Source: a virus
Lineage: Duplodnaviria; Caudoviricetes
Direction: 5' to 3' (one strand)
Virus record (IMG/VR): IMGVR_UViG_3300005805_000332
Coordinates: 1-29,327 of that record
Length of the DNA: 29,327 bases
The notes below the pieces were generated by a model. The model was given only the letters and a program-made list of their open reading frames with translations, did no database searches and had not been told where the DNA came from. Both the position numbers and the translations under genes were made by a program. This document shows positions 15,699 through 23,876 of the stretch, piece after piece. How positions within the stretch are numbered: the first letter of the stretch is position 1; every line of letters starts with the position of its first letter.

Positions 15699-15975
15699 AA
15701 AGTTATTGTTTGGAATATTAATTTTATCATGCACGTCTTATGTGCAATCAGAACCAAAGATGTATTTGGATGCTGCAGGTAGATGGGTTAATTCTGAAGG
15801 AGGAAATATATTTGGTGACTCCCGATTTAACATATATGCAGACCCAAGATTTAATATAAACGCAGACCCAAGCTTTAATATAAACGCAGACCCAAGATTT
15901 AATATAAACGCAGACCCAAGATTTAATATAAATGCAGATCCATTATTTAACAACGATCTAGGTTTTAAAAGATAA
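15691..15975 (+). CDS. Secreted octapeptide-repeat protein
   Basis: Signal peptide MSKKLLFGILILSC...; (ADPRFNIN)-type repeats. Confidence 0.7.
   Translation: MSKKLLFGILILSCTSYVQSEPKMYLDAAGRWVNSEGGNIFGDSRFNIYADPRFNINADPSFNINADPRFNINADPRFNINADPLFNNDLGFKR
15814..15951 (+). repeat. 24-bp coding tandem repeat, ~6 units
   Basis: GCAGACCCAAGATTTAATATAAAC near-perfect at 15838, 15862, 15886, 15910; degenerate at 15814 and 15934. Confidence 0.95.
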
Positions 15976-15993
15976 ACAATTTAAGGAAAATAA

Positions 15994-16668
15994 ATGGCTG
16001 AATTTAAAACGTGGTCTTACTCAAGTGCTACTACATTTGAGAAATGTCCCAAGCAATACTACCATCTGTATGTAGCAAAAGATATTAAGCAAGACCCAAA
16101 TACAGAACATTTTCTTTATGGTAACGAAGTTCACAAAGCTTGTGAGTTATATGTTAAGAACGCAACTCCACTTCCTGTCAAGTTTGAAATGTTTAAACCA
16201 ACGCTTGACAAATTAATATCTATTCCAGGCGACAAATATTGTGAATATAAATTAGGCTTGACAAAAGATTTAGAACCTTGTGATTTTTTTGCTTCAAATG
16301 TATGGTGGCGTGGGGTAATAGATTTATTAGTTATAAACCCTGAAAACAAGGTAGCTACTTTAATTGATTATAAAACAGGCAAATCAAGTCAGTATGCAGA
16401 TACTAGACAACTATCTTTATTTAGTGTAGCTATATTTAAACACTTTCCAGATATGCAAAAAATCAAGTCTGGGTTGGTATTTTTGGTAAGTAAAGAGATA
16501 TTGAAAGAAGACTACACATCTGATAAAATAGATGATATGTTTGAAGAATGGGGTAAAATAACGTATAGGATAGATGCCGCCCATAAATCAGGTACTTTTA
16601 ATGCAGTCCCTAATTTTGCTTGTAGGAAATTCTGTCCAGTTCAATCATGCTCACATTGGGGAAAATAA
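15994..16668 (+). CDS. PD-(D/E)XK exonuclease, Cas4/RecB-like
   Basis: WSYS...FEKCP, G..VH, IDLL, IDYKTGK, QL, C-terminal CRKFCP..SC (4 Cys, Fe-S type). Confidence 0.9.
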   Translation: MAEFKTWSYSSATTFEKCPKQYYHLYVAKDIKQDPNTEHFLYGNEVHKACELYVKNATPLPVKFEMFKPTLDKLISIPGDKYCEYKLGLTKDLEPCDFFASNVWWRGVIDLLVINPENKVATLIDYKTGKSSQYADTRQLSLFSVAIFKHFPDMQKIKSGLVFLVSKEILKEDYTSDKIDDMFEEWGKITYRIDAAHKSGTFNAVPNFACRKFCPVQSCSHWGK

Positions 16669-16937
16669 TGGCAAGAGATTATCAAAAAGAAAACGAATAC
16701 AAATCACAACCTGACCAAATTAAAAAGCGTGTAGCTAGAAATAAAGCTAGACGAATGATGATAAAAGCTGGTAAAGTATCAAAGGGTGACGGTAAAGATG
16801 TAGATCATATCGTTCCTCTAAGTAAAGGTGGTAGTAATACCCCTAGTAATATGAGAATTAGAAGTAAGAGTGAGAACAGTTCGTTCCCACGAAATAGTGA
16901 TGGTTCGTTAAAGAGAAACGTAACTAAGAAAAAATAA
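16668..16937 (+). CDS. Small HNH endonuclease
   Basis: DVDHIVPLSKGGSN..SN.R.....N; TAATG coupling gives start 16668. Confidence 0.85.
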   Translation: MARDYQKENEYKSQPDQIKKRVARNKARRMMIKAGKVSKGDGKDVDHIVPLSKGGSNTPSNMRIRSKSENSSFPRNSDGSLKRNVTKKK

Positions 16938-16945
16938 GTTTCGCA

Positions 16946-17075
16946 ACGCAAGGCGTGAGTGCGTAAAAACCACGTCAGTTAACAATAGAAGCTTTCCGTA
17001 AAGCCTTTCGATCTATGTGTTAACACTGCAGTGTGTAGACGTGTCACTACCTCTCTCGGTGGCACGTCTATTTTT
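16946..17075 (+). ncRNA. Putative structured cis-regulatory RNA (pseudoknot + stem + terminator)
   Basis: ACGCA/TGCGT stem whose loop GGCGTG pairs with downstream CACGTC; GTTAACA/TGTTAAC nested stem; 13-bp hairpin + T5. Confidence 0.6.
17036..17075 (+). terminator. Intrinsic terminator/attenuator upstream of helicase
   Basis: TAGACGTGTCACT-acctctctc-GGTGGCACGTCTA-TTTTT. Confidence 0.65.
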
Positions 17076-17091
17076 ACCTTAGGAGATTGCA

Positions 17092-18654
17092 TTGGAAGTT
17101 TATAAAGATAAAGCGTTGATTGTAAATACAAAACGCCCTGAATTAATATTAGGTAAGATACCTAAAAGTAAAATTATAAAAACATATGATAATGGAGTTA
17201 CTCAAGTTGTAGTAAATTGGGGGCTTGATGAAGTATTAACATTATCAGGTATGAAAGTTAAAAATCCACCGTCACCTATAACACGTGACTATAACTTTCC
17301 AGGAATACATAAACCTTTTGAACATCAAAAAATAACAGCTCAATTTTTATCTGCGCATAAACGTGCTTATTGTTTATCAGAAGCAGGCACAGGTAAAACA
17401 TCAGCAGTAATATGGTCTGCTGACTACTTAATGAATCTAGGAAAAATTAGACGCATGTTAGTAGTGTGCCCATTATCTATTATGCAAGCAGCATGGCAAT
17501 CAGATTTTTTTAAAACAGCTATGCACAGATCCGTAGGTATTGCACATGGATCAGCTGAAAAAAGAAAGAAAGTATTTGCAGAAAATACAGACGTAGTTAT
17601 CATTAATTATGATGGTATAGAAATTGTAGAGAAAGAAATCAAATCTGGCGGTTTTGATTTAATAGTTGTCGATGAGGCAAACTATGTCAAGACTGTCACG
17701 ACACGTCGCTGGAAGTCATTAAATCGTGTGGTAACACCTGATACATGGTTATGGCTTATGACAGGAACACCCGCTGCTCAATCTCCAGCTGACGCATATG
17801 GACTGGCTAGACTTGTGAACCCCGCATCCGTCCCTAAATTTGCAGGAACATTTAAGGATATGGTTATGCAGAAAGTTAGCCAGTTCACCTGGGTGCCTAG
17901 ATTTAATGCACAGGATATAGTATTTAAAACACTACAACCTGCCATACGATACACAAAAGACGAGTGTTTAGATTTACCTGATATTTTATATACCACTCGT
18001 GAAGTCCCTTTAACTCCACAACAAGACAAATACTATAAAAAACTAAAAAAAGATTTTTATATGGAAGCTGGTGGAGAGGATGTAACTGCGGTTAATGCAG
18101 GGGTTATGCTTACCAAACTACTACAAGTAAGTGCAGGGGCGATATATTCAGACACTAAAGAAATTGTTGAGTTTGATGTATCAAACAGAATGACAGCATT
18201 AAAAGAAATTATAGATGAAGCAAGCCACAAAGTTATTATTTTTTGTCCTTTCCGTCACAGTATTGAAAAGATTATGGGAGAGTTAAATAAAGAACATATA
18301 ACCTGTGAGGCTATACATGGTGATGTATCTATGAATAAACGCACAGAGATTTTCAAGAATTTTCAAGAAACTAAAAACCCACAAGTTTTAGTTATTCAAC
18401 CACAAGCTGCATCTCATGGAGTTACACTCCACGCAGCTAACGTAGTCGTGTTTTGGTCACCTGTTATGTCAGTTGAAACATACATACAATGTTGTGCTCG
18501 TATGGATAGAGCTGGACAAAAAAATAAGATGACCGTAGTGCACCTACAAGGTTCGCCCGTAGAACAAAAAATTTATAAAATGTTACAAAACAAAATTGAT
18601 ACGCACACTAAATTAGTTGATCTTTACAAAGAGGAGTTTGAAGATGCCTTATAA
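17092..18654 (+). CDS. SNF2-family (SF2) helicase
   Basis: PFEHQ, EAGTGKT, VVCPLS, NYD, VDEAN, MTGTP, HGVTL..A, Q..AR.DR.GQ; TTG start with RBS AGGAG. Confidence 0.92.
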   Translation: MEVYKDKALIVNTKRPELILGKIPKSKIIKTYDNGVTQVVVNWGLDEVLTLSGMKVKNPPSPITRDYNFPGIHKPFEHQKITAQFLSAHKRAYCLSEAGTGKTSAVIWSADYLMNLGKIRRMLVVCPLSIMQAAWQSDFFKTAMHRSVGIAHGSAEKRKKVFAENTDVVIINYDGIEIVEKEIKSGGFDLIVVDEANYVKTVTTRRWKSLNRVVTPDTWLWLMTGTPAAQSPADAYGLARLVNPASVPKFAGTFKDMVMQKVSQFTWVPRFNAQDIVFKTLQPAIRYTKDECLDLPDILYTTREVPLTPQQDKYYKKLKKDFYMEAGGEDVTAVNAGVMLTKLLQVSAGAIYSDTKEIVEFDVSNRMTALKEIIDEASHKVIIFCPFRHSIEKIMGELNKEHITCEAIHGDVSMNKRTEIFKNFQETKNPQVLVIQPQAASHGVTLHAANVVVFWSPVMSVETYIQCCARMDRAGQKNKMTVVHLQGSPVEQKIYKMLQNKIDTHTKLVDLYKEEFEDAL

Positions 18655-19132
18655 CACTCCTGAAAAAGAAAAAGAATATCAAAGAAAGTGGCGTTTAAAA
18701 AACAAAGATAGATTAAATGCATATCAAAAAGAATGGAGTCTTAAACATCCAGGTCGAAAGAATGAACATAGATATAAACATGTTAGAAATAATCCTGAAA
18801 AATGTTTAATTGCAGGGGTCAAACAGAGATGTAAAAAATCAGGAATGGAATTTAATATAGATCTTTCTGACATTGTAATACCTATTATATGTCCTATTTT
18901 AGGTATACCTATTATTAAAGAAGTAACAGATAAATTAGGCCCCAAAACTACATCCCCTTCTATTGACAGGATTGATAACAGTAAAGGATATATAAAAGGT
19001 AACGTTCAAGTTATAAGTAACAAGGCTAATGTGATGAAAGGTAACTCAACACCTGAAGAACGATTGAAGTTTGCTTTATGGGTATTAGCTACTGATGGCA
19101 AAGACATTTATGAAATACGAAAAATTAGTTGA
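18644..19132 (+). CDS. HNH-type (His-Me) free-standing endonuclease-like protein
   Basis: CPILG, SPSIDRIDNSKGYIKGNVQVIS..AN..K; RBS GAGGAG gives start 18644. Confidence 0.75.
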   Translation: MPYNTPEKEKEYQRKWRLKNKDRLNAYQKEWSLKHPGRKNEHRYKHVRNNPEKCLIAGVKQRCKKSGMEFNIDLSDIVIPIICPILGIPIIKEVTDKLGPKTTSPSIDRIDNSKGYIKGNVQVISNKANVMKGNSTPEERLKFALWVLATDGKDIYEIRKIS

Positions 19133-19156
19133 CATTGTAAATAACTGTGTTATACT
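19129..19156 (+). promoter_or_regulatory. sigma70 promoter P3
   Basis: TTGACA-16bp-TATACT with extended -10 TG. Confidence 0.75.
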
Positions 19157-19185
19157 GTTATCCTTAATTAATGAAAGGAGAGAAT

Positions 19186-19593
19186 GTGGAATTAGATGAC
19201 AACAAAATAGAAAAGCTCATGCAAGCTTCAATTAATATGAGAGATAAAATTGCTGAATTAGAAAAGCAAATATCTGATATTAAAGTGCAAAGAGATCAAG
19301 TAGATATGGCACTTAACGAAGCGTGTAGAACATTGAATGTATCTAGTTTAAAAACAAAAGCAGGCACTATATCGCGCATACTAAAAACAAAATATTGGAC
19401 ATCTGATTGGAATAGTATGTATGACTTTATATTAGAAAATAAACTACCTGAATTCTTTGAAAAGAAACTAGTGCAGTCCGCTATAAAAGAATACTTAGAG
19501 CAAAACCCTGATAAACACCCACCAGGTTTACAAGCAACAAGTGAATATACAGTAAGAATAACTAAAAGTAGAGATAACAAGGAGAACATATGA
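19186..19593 (+). CDS. Conserved phage replication-module protein (coiled-coil N-terminus)
   Basis: RBS AAGGAGAG then GTG 19186, preferred to 19171; S.KT.AGT, DW, PPGL motifs. Confidence 0.75.
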   Translation: MELDDNKIEKLMQASINMRDKIAELEKQISDIKVQRDQVDMALNEACRTLNVSSLKTKAGTISRILKTKYWTSDWNSMYDFILENKLPEFFEKKLVQSAIKEYLEQNPDKHPPGLQATSEYTVRITKSRDNKENI

Positions 19594-20498
19594 GTACAGA
19601 TTTAGATATATTTGGTAGCACTGCAGTAGCAACACACACTCGTAGAGATGATGGCTTTACTGCAAATATTACAGGAAGTTCAACCACAGCAAAACGTATT
19701 TCTATACGAGGTGGTAAATTTAGATTAATGGTTAATGGTAAAGAAGTTGAGAAGTCTAATCAAGACGCTCTTGATGTAGTTATCGTTAATGCATCACCTT
19801 ATGTGCACAGAATGTATTTTTCTAAAGCATACATGCCAGGTGAAAAGATGCCCCCACCAACATGCTGGTCATCTGATAGCCAAAAACCTGATGATGCAGT
19901 AACAGAAAAACAAGCAGATACTTGTTTAGCTTGTCCACAAAACATTAAAGGTTCAGGAGCAAACGGCACAAAAGCTTGTAGATTTAGTCGTCGTATAGCT
20001 GTAGTTCGTGTTGATGATATGAATGGTGAAGTATATCAAATGACTTTACCTGCTCAATCAATATTTGGTAATGGTACTAAAGATCGTAAACCTCTACATG
20101 AATATACAGACTATGTTCGCGCTAATGGTCAAAACTTAATGTCTGTAGTATCACGAGTATCTTTTGATGAAGACTCATCAAGTACTAAAATTGGATTTAA
20201 AGCAATTAGAATACTTAATGACGAAGAGTATGCTACATGTGAAGTTAAATCTAAATCAGAAGAAGCTAAGCGTGCAGTTACATTATCAGTAAACACAAAT
20301 AAAGAAGATGATGGTGAAGAGTTTGAACAAAGAAAACAACAACCTATTCAACGTCCTCAAGTAGCCGCACCAAAAGTTGAAGATGATATTCCTGAACCTA
20401 CTATCAGAGCATCTGAAAAACCACAACCTAAACCTGCTCCAAAAGTAGATCAAGGTGATGTAAGTTTAGATGATTTAGTATCAGATTGGACTTCATAA
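19590..20498 (+). CDS. Putative ssDNA-binding/annealing protein with Cys cluster
   Basis: PTCWS, C..CPQNIKGS..G.KACR; Pro-rich linker and acidic tail DDLVSDW; position in replication module. Function is inferred. Confidence 0.55.
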   Translation: MSTDLDIFGSTAVATHTRRDDGFTANITGSSTTAKRISIRGGKFRLMVNGKEVEKSNQDALDVVIVNASPYVHRMYFSKAYMPGEKMPPPTCWSSDSQKPDDAVTEKQADTCLACPQNIKGSGANGTKACRFSRRIAVVRVDDMNGEVYQMTLPAQSIFGNGTKDRKPLHEYTDYVRANGQNLMSVVSRVSFDEDSSSTKIGFKAIRILNDEEYATCEVKSKSEEAKRAVTLSVNTNKEDDGEEFEQRKQQPIQRPQVAAPKVEDDIPEPTIRASEKPQPKPAPKVDQGDVSLDDLVSDWTS

Positions 20499-20725
20499 TG
20501 CGTGGTTATTCACAAACTATAATTGAAAACAATAAGAAAGCAAAAGACTCTGTAGGGACTTTGTTAGGACAAGTATGTATTGCCTTAAAATATCCCGTAA
20601 GTCAAGTAGCAAAAGAACTTAACGTTTCACGACAAACAGTGTATGATTGGTTCTCTGGTATAACAAAACCATCTAGACACATGGAACCAAAAGTCATGGA
20701 ACTTGTAAACAAGTTAAGACAGTAA
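20498..20725 (+). CDS. Cro/XRE-like helix-turn-helix protein
   Basis: VSQVAKELNVSRQTVYDWFSG..KP; TAATG start 20498. Confidence 0.85.
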   Translation: MRGYSQTIIENNKKAKDSVGTLLGQVCIALKYPVSQVAKELNVSRQTVYDWFSGITKPSRHMEPKVMELVNKLRQ

Positions 20726-20726
20726 A

Positions 20727-20849
20727 GTTCTCACAATGCAAGTGAGTGACCTAAAAATATCCTATAGGTCAGTCGAAAACGGCACCGCTATCTGTCGTTT
20801 GCATAAGATAGCACCAATAAAAACTTTATTTCGAGAGAATAATGCAAAC
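20727..20849 (+). ncRNA. Putative structured leader RNA of the primase-helicase gene
   Basis: Abutting hairpins CTCAC/GTGAG, TGACCTA/TAGGTCA, GTCG/CGGC, GCTATCT/AGATAGC; loop complementarity ATGCAA/TTGCAT. Confidence 0.55.
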
Positions 20850-23691
20850 CAAAGAATTTTTACAAAGTGTATGGCCTGACAGTGGATACTATTGTATTCT
20901 AGGCAAAGATCAAAAAAATATAGTTACACCTAAATTTGTAAATTCTATTAATGAAGCTATTGAAGTATCTAATAAATTTTTAGATGATAAACAAGATGTA
21001 TATTTTGCATGCTCATCATGGATAGAAGCTACAGAACGAAAAGGTATTAACGCTAAAGAACAACGAATATTTTGGTTAGATATTGATTGTGGCTTTGATA
21101 CTAAAAAACGTAAGTGGAAAGACTATGAATCTAAAGACGAGGCTTTAGTAGCTTTAAGATCATTTACAGACATTACAGGATTACCTGCACCTACAATCGT
21201 TGACTCAGGTAATGGTATACATTGTTATTGGACTTTAACAGAACCTATAGATAAAGCTATATGGAAACCTGTAGCTGAAGGGCTTAAGTTTTTATGTGTT
21301 AAACATGGATTAAAAGCAGACGGCGCATGCACTGCTGATATGGCACGTATTCTTAGAGTCCCAGGAACTAAAAACTTTAAAGATGAAACTAATCCTGTAA
21401 CTGTTGTTGTTCTTAACGAAGGCAAACCTACACCGTTTGATGAATTAGCTAGACTTATACCTATACATCTAACAGATAAACCTAAACAAAAACGCCCTTT
21501 AGATGAAGCCACAAAAGCTATTTTAGGTAACAACTCTTCTAAGTTTAGAAAGATATTAGAACGATGCAGTAAAGATGATGGCTGCCCACAACTAACTCAT
21601 ATTGTAACTAAACAAGCATCTATAGAAGAACCTTTATGGAGATCAGGTTTATCTATTGCCGCATATTGTGAAGATTCTGAAGCAGCTATTCACAACATAT
21701 CAAAACGTCATCCTGATTACGATTATGCTAAAACAGAAGCAAAAGCAAACGCTATTCCAGGACCTCACACATGTAAACAATTTGAAAGTTTAAGACCTGA
21801 AGGATGTGAAGGTTGTAGCCACAAGGGTAAGATAACATCACCTATAGAATTAGGTAGAGTTATTTTACGTGCTAAAGGTGCTGATAATGTTATACAAGCT
21901 AAGTCTGAAGCATTAGGCGAAACTGTTACTTATCATGTGCCTGATTTTCCATTTCCATACTTTAGAGGTAAAAATGGTGGCGTATATAAAACAGTAGATA
22001 ATGAAGAAGATGAAGCTGTTCTTATTTATGATTATGATTTTTATCTTGTTGAAATTTTAAATGATAAAGATGCAGCGGGTTTTTGTGCATGGTTTAAGAT
22101 ACATCTACCACAAGATGGTGTTCAAGAATTTATTGCGCCCTTAACTCAATTACTATCTCGTGATGAGGCTCGTAAGATTTTAGCTGCTAAAGGTATTGTT
22201 AGAAATGGTAAACAACTTGATGAAGTAATTTACTATATTATGGCGGTTATTGCAGCACAACAAAAACAAAAGCCATCAACTCTTATGTATAAACAATTTG
22301 GATGGACTAAAGATTACAAAAAGATTTTAATTGGTAATAGAGAGATAAGTGCCTTTGGTGTTAAATTTGTTCCTGTATCAGAAGACTTAAAAGATATAGC
22401 AGTATCTTTGGTTAAAAAAGGTTCTTATGATTTATGGAAGAAAGCTATATCAGTATATGAAAGACCTGGTATGGAATTACGTGCATTTGGTTTCTTCTGT
22501 GCGTTTGGTTCTTTACTGATGCCATTCTTTAAATCAAAAGAAAGTTCTACAGTAATTAATTTATACAATCCTGACTCAGGTCAAGGTAAGTCTACGATCT
22601 TACAAGCTATGACAAGTGTTATAGGTAACCCAGCTATGAATGCAAATGTTATACAAGTATGGGGTGATACAGGTAATGCTGTTATTAATCGTATGGGTTA
22701 CATGAATAACTTAGCTGCAGCGGTAGATGAATTTACAAAAGTAAATGCAGATCAACTACACGACTATTTAAAATTTATGGCTACAGGACGTGGTAAAAAT
22801 CGTATGGATAGTAGCGGTAAAAATAAAGAACGTCATAACGATACTGTGTTTAATCTTATATCTGTTGTATCAAGTAATAAAGACTTTAGAACTGTAGTGT
22901 TTTCTGAAAATGCTAAAGCATCAGGTGAAATGGCTAGGTTCTTACAAATACGTATTGATGAAGATAAAACACTTACTAAAGAACAAGCTGATGAATACTT
23001 TGAATTATTGTTTGATAACTATGGCCATGCAGGTGAGATATTTGCTCAATGGATTATAGCTAATTTAGACTCTATTAAAGTAGCATTAAAAGAAACACAA
23101 AAAGCTATAGATAAAGCTTGGAACATTACAGGTCGTGAACGTAAATATTCATCTACTTTAGCTGCGGTATTTTTAGGGGCTAAGATAGCACGTCAATTAG
23201 GCATACATAATATTGATCCTGTCCCTGTTCAAGAAGCTGTTAGAAAAGCTTTAGATGCATCAAGAGAACAATTAAAAGTGCAAGATTTTGATGCTTTAGA
23301 AACCCTAACATCTTTCTTGCATGAAAATTTAAAGAACACATTAGTTATTAATAGTAAGGTTGACTCTAGAACAGGTATTCAAGAAGCCCCTTTAGTGAAA
23401 CCATTCAATGAGTTACGAGTCAGAATTGAACCTGATACTAATACAATTTACATTCCATGTAGTATAATGCGCCAACATTTAAAATTGCTTGGAAATGTAG
23501 ATTATGAAGATTTTGTTAAGCAGTTAAAAAACAATAATCTTTTACACAGAATGTCTGGGGAGAATAAAATTATGCATAAAGGTCTAGATATAAGCGGTGG
23601 TAAACAACGTTGCTTATGGATTGATAACTCATCATTTGATGATATTAAGACTAATAACTTACCTTTGGATATGCCACGAAGTGTTAACTAA
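20842..23691 (+). CDS. Primase-helicase (RepB/AEP-like primase + DUF927-associated P-loop helicase)
   Basis: WLDID, DSGNGIHCYW, RILRVPGT.N; Cys cluster C..F...P.GC.GC; Walker A SGQGKST, Walker B AVDE, G.GK.R. Confidence 0.88.
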   Translation: MQTKEFLQSVWPDSGYYCILGKDQKNIVTPKFVNSINEAIEVSNKFLDDKQDVYFACSSWIEATERKGINAKEQRIFWLDIDCGFDTKKRKWKDYESKDEALVALRSFTDITGLPAPTIVDSGNGIHCYWTLTEPIDKAIWKPVAEGLKFLCVKHGLKADGACTADMARILRVPGTKNFKDETNPVTVVVLNEGKPTPFDELARLIPIHLTDKPKQKRPLDEATKAILGNNSSKFRKILERCSKDDGCPQLTHIVTKQASIEEPLWRSGLSIAAYCEDSEAAIHNISKRHPDYDYAKTEAKANAIPGPHTCKQFESLRPEGCEGCSHKGKITSPIELGRVILRAKGADNVIQAKSEALGETVTYHVPDFPFPYFRGKNGGVYKTVDNEEDEAVLIYDYDFYLVEILNDKDAAGFCAWFKIHLPQDGVQEFIAPLTQLLSRDEARKILAAKGIVRNGKQLDEVIYYIMAVIAAQQKQKPSTLMYKQFGWTKDYKKILIGNREISAFGVKFVPVSEDLKDIAVSLVKKGSYDLWKKAISVYERPGMELRAFGFFCAFGSLLMPFFKSKESSTVINLYNPDSGQGKSTILQAMTSVIGNPAMNANVIQVWGDTGNAVINRMGYMNNLAAAVDEFTKVNADQLHDYLKFMATGRGKNRMDSSGKNKERHNDTVFNLISVVSSNKDFRTVVFSENAKASGEMARFLQIRIDEDKTLTKEQADEYFELLFDNYGHAGEIFAQWIIANLDSIKVALKETQKAIDKAWNITGRERKYSSTLAAVFLGAKIARQLGIHNIDPVPVQEAVRKALDASREQLKVQDFDALETLTSFLHENLKNTLVINSKVDSRTGIQEAPLVKPFNELRVRIEPDTNTIYIPCSIMRQHLKLLGNVDYEDFVKQLKNNNLLHRMSGENKIMHKGLDISGGKQRCLWIDNSSFDDIKTNNLPLDMPRSVN

Positions 23692-23875
23692 CGGCGTAGA
23701 TTACCAAATTAATTGGCCTGAGTTTCATCCCGGTACAAGTATCTTTATACCTGCAGTAGATACTAAGTCTGCTATTTATGCTATTGATAGGGAAAGCAAG
23801 CGATTAGAATTTGAATACGTCCATAAGGTTGTTGTAGAAAACGGTGTTATGGGTGTAAGAGTATGGCGATTATAG
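23681..23875 (+). CDS. Small hypothetical protein (possible DNA-binding)
   Basis: W.EF.PG.SIFIP ... GVRVWR; GTG 23681 is a likelier start than 23597. Confidence 0.65.
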   Translation: MLTNGVDYQINWPEFHPGTSIFIPAVDTKSAIYAIDRESKRLEFEYVHKVVVENGVMGVRVWRL

Positions 23876-23876
23876 A

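Noticed and set aside
15814-16668. 24-bp repeats next to a Cas4-like gene as a mini-CRISPR
   Set aside because: Repeats are head-to-tail with no spacers and in frame within a CDS; solo Cas4-like nucleases are common in phage replication modules
17671-17682. DEAN instead of DExH in helicase motif II as sign of inactivation
   Set aside because: Catalytic DE and all other motifs are intact; the fourth position is variable
20727-20816. tRNA or self-cleaving ribozyme (multi-hairpin ending in ACCA)
   Set aside because: No enclosing acceptor stem, D-loop GG or TTCRA T-loop; no hammerhead CUGANGA core. Kept only as a generic structured leader
1035-21533. Short minus-strand and nested ORFs in the track (e.g. 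1035, 1430, 1810, 3791, 5527, 5964, 5967, 7857, 8439, 11696, 12069, 12423, 13000, 13438, 13644, 15738, 16131, 17778, 18724, 19296, 21225)
   Set aside because: Shadows of well-supported, tightly coupled + strand genes; no recognisable motifs
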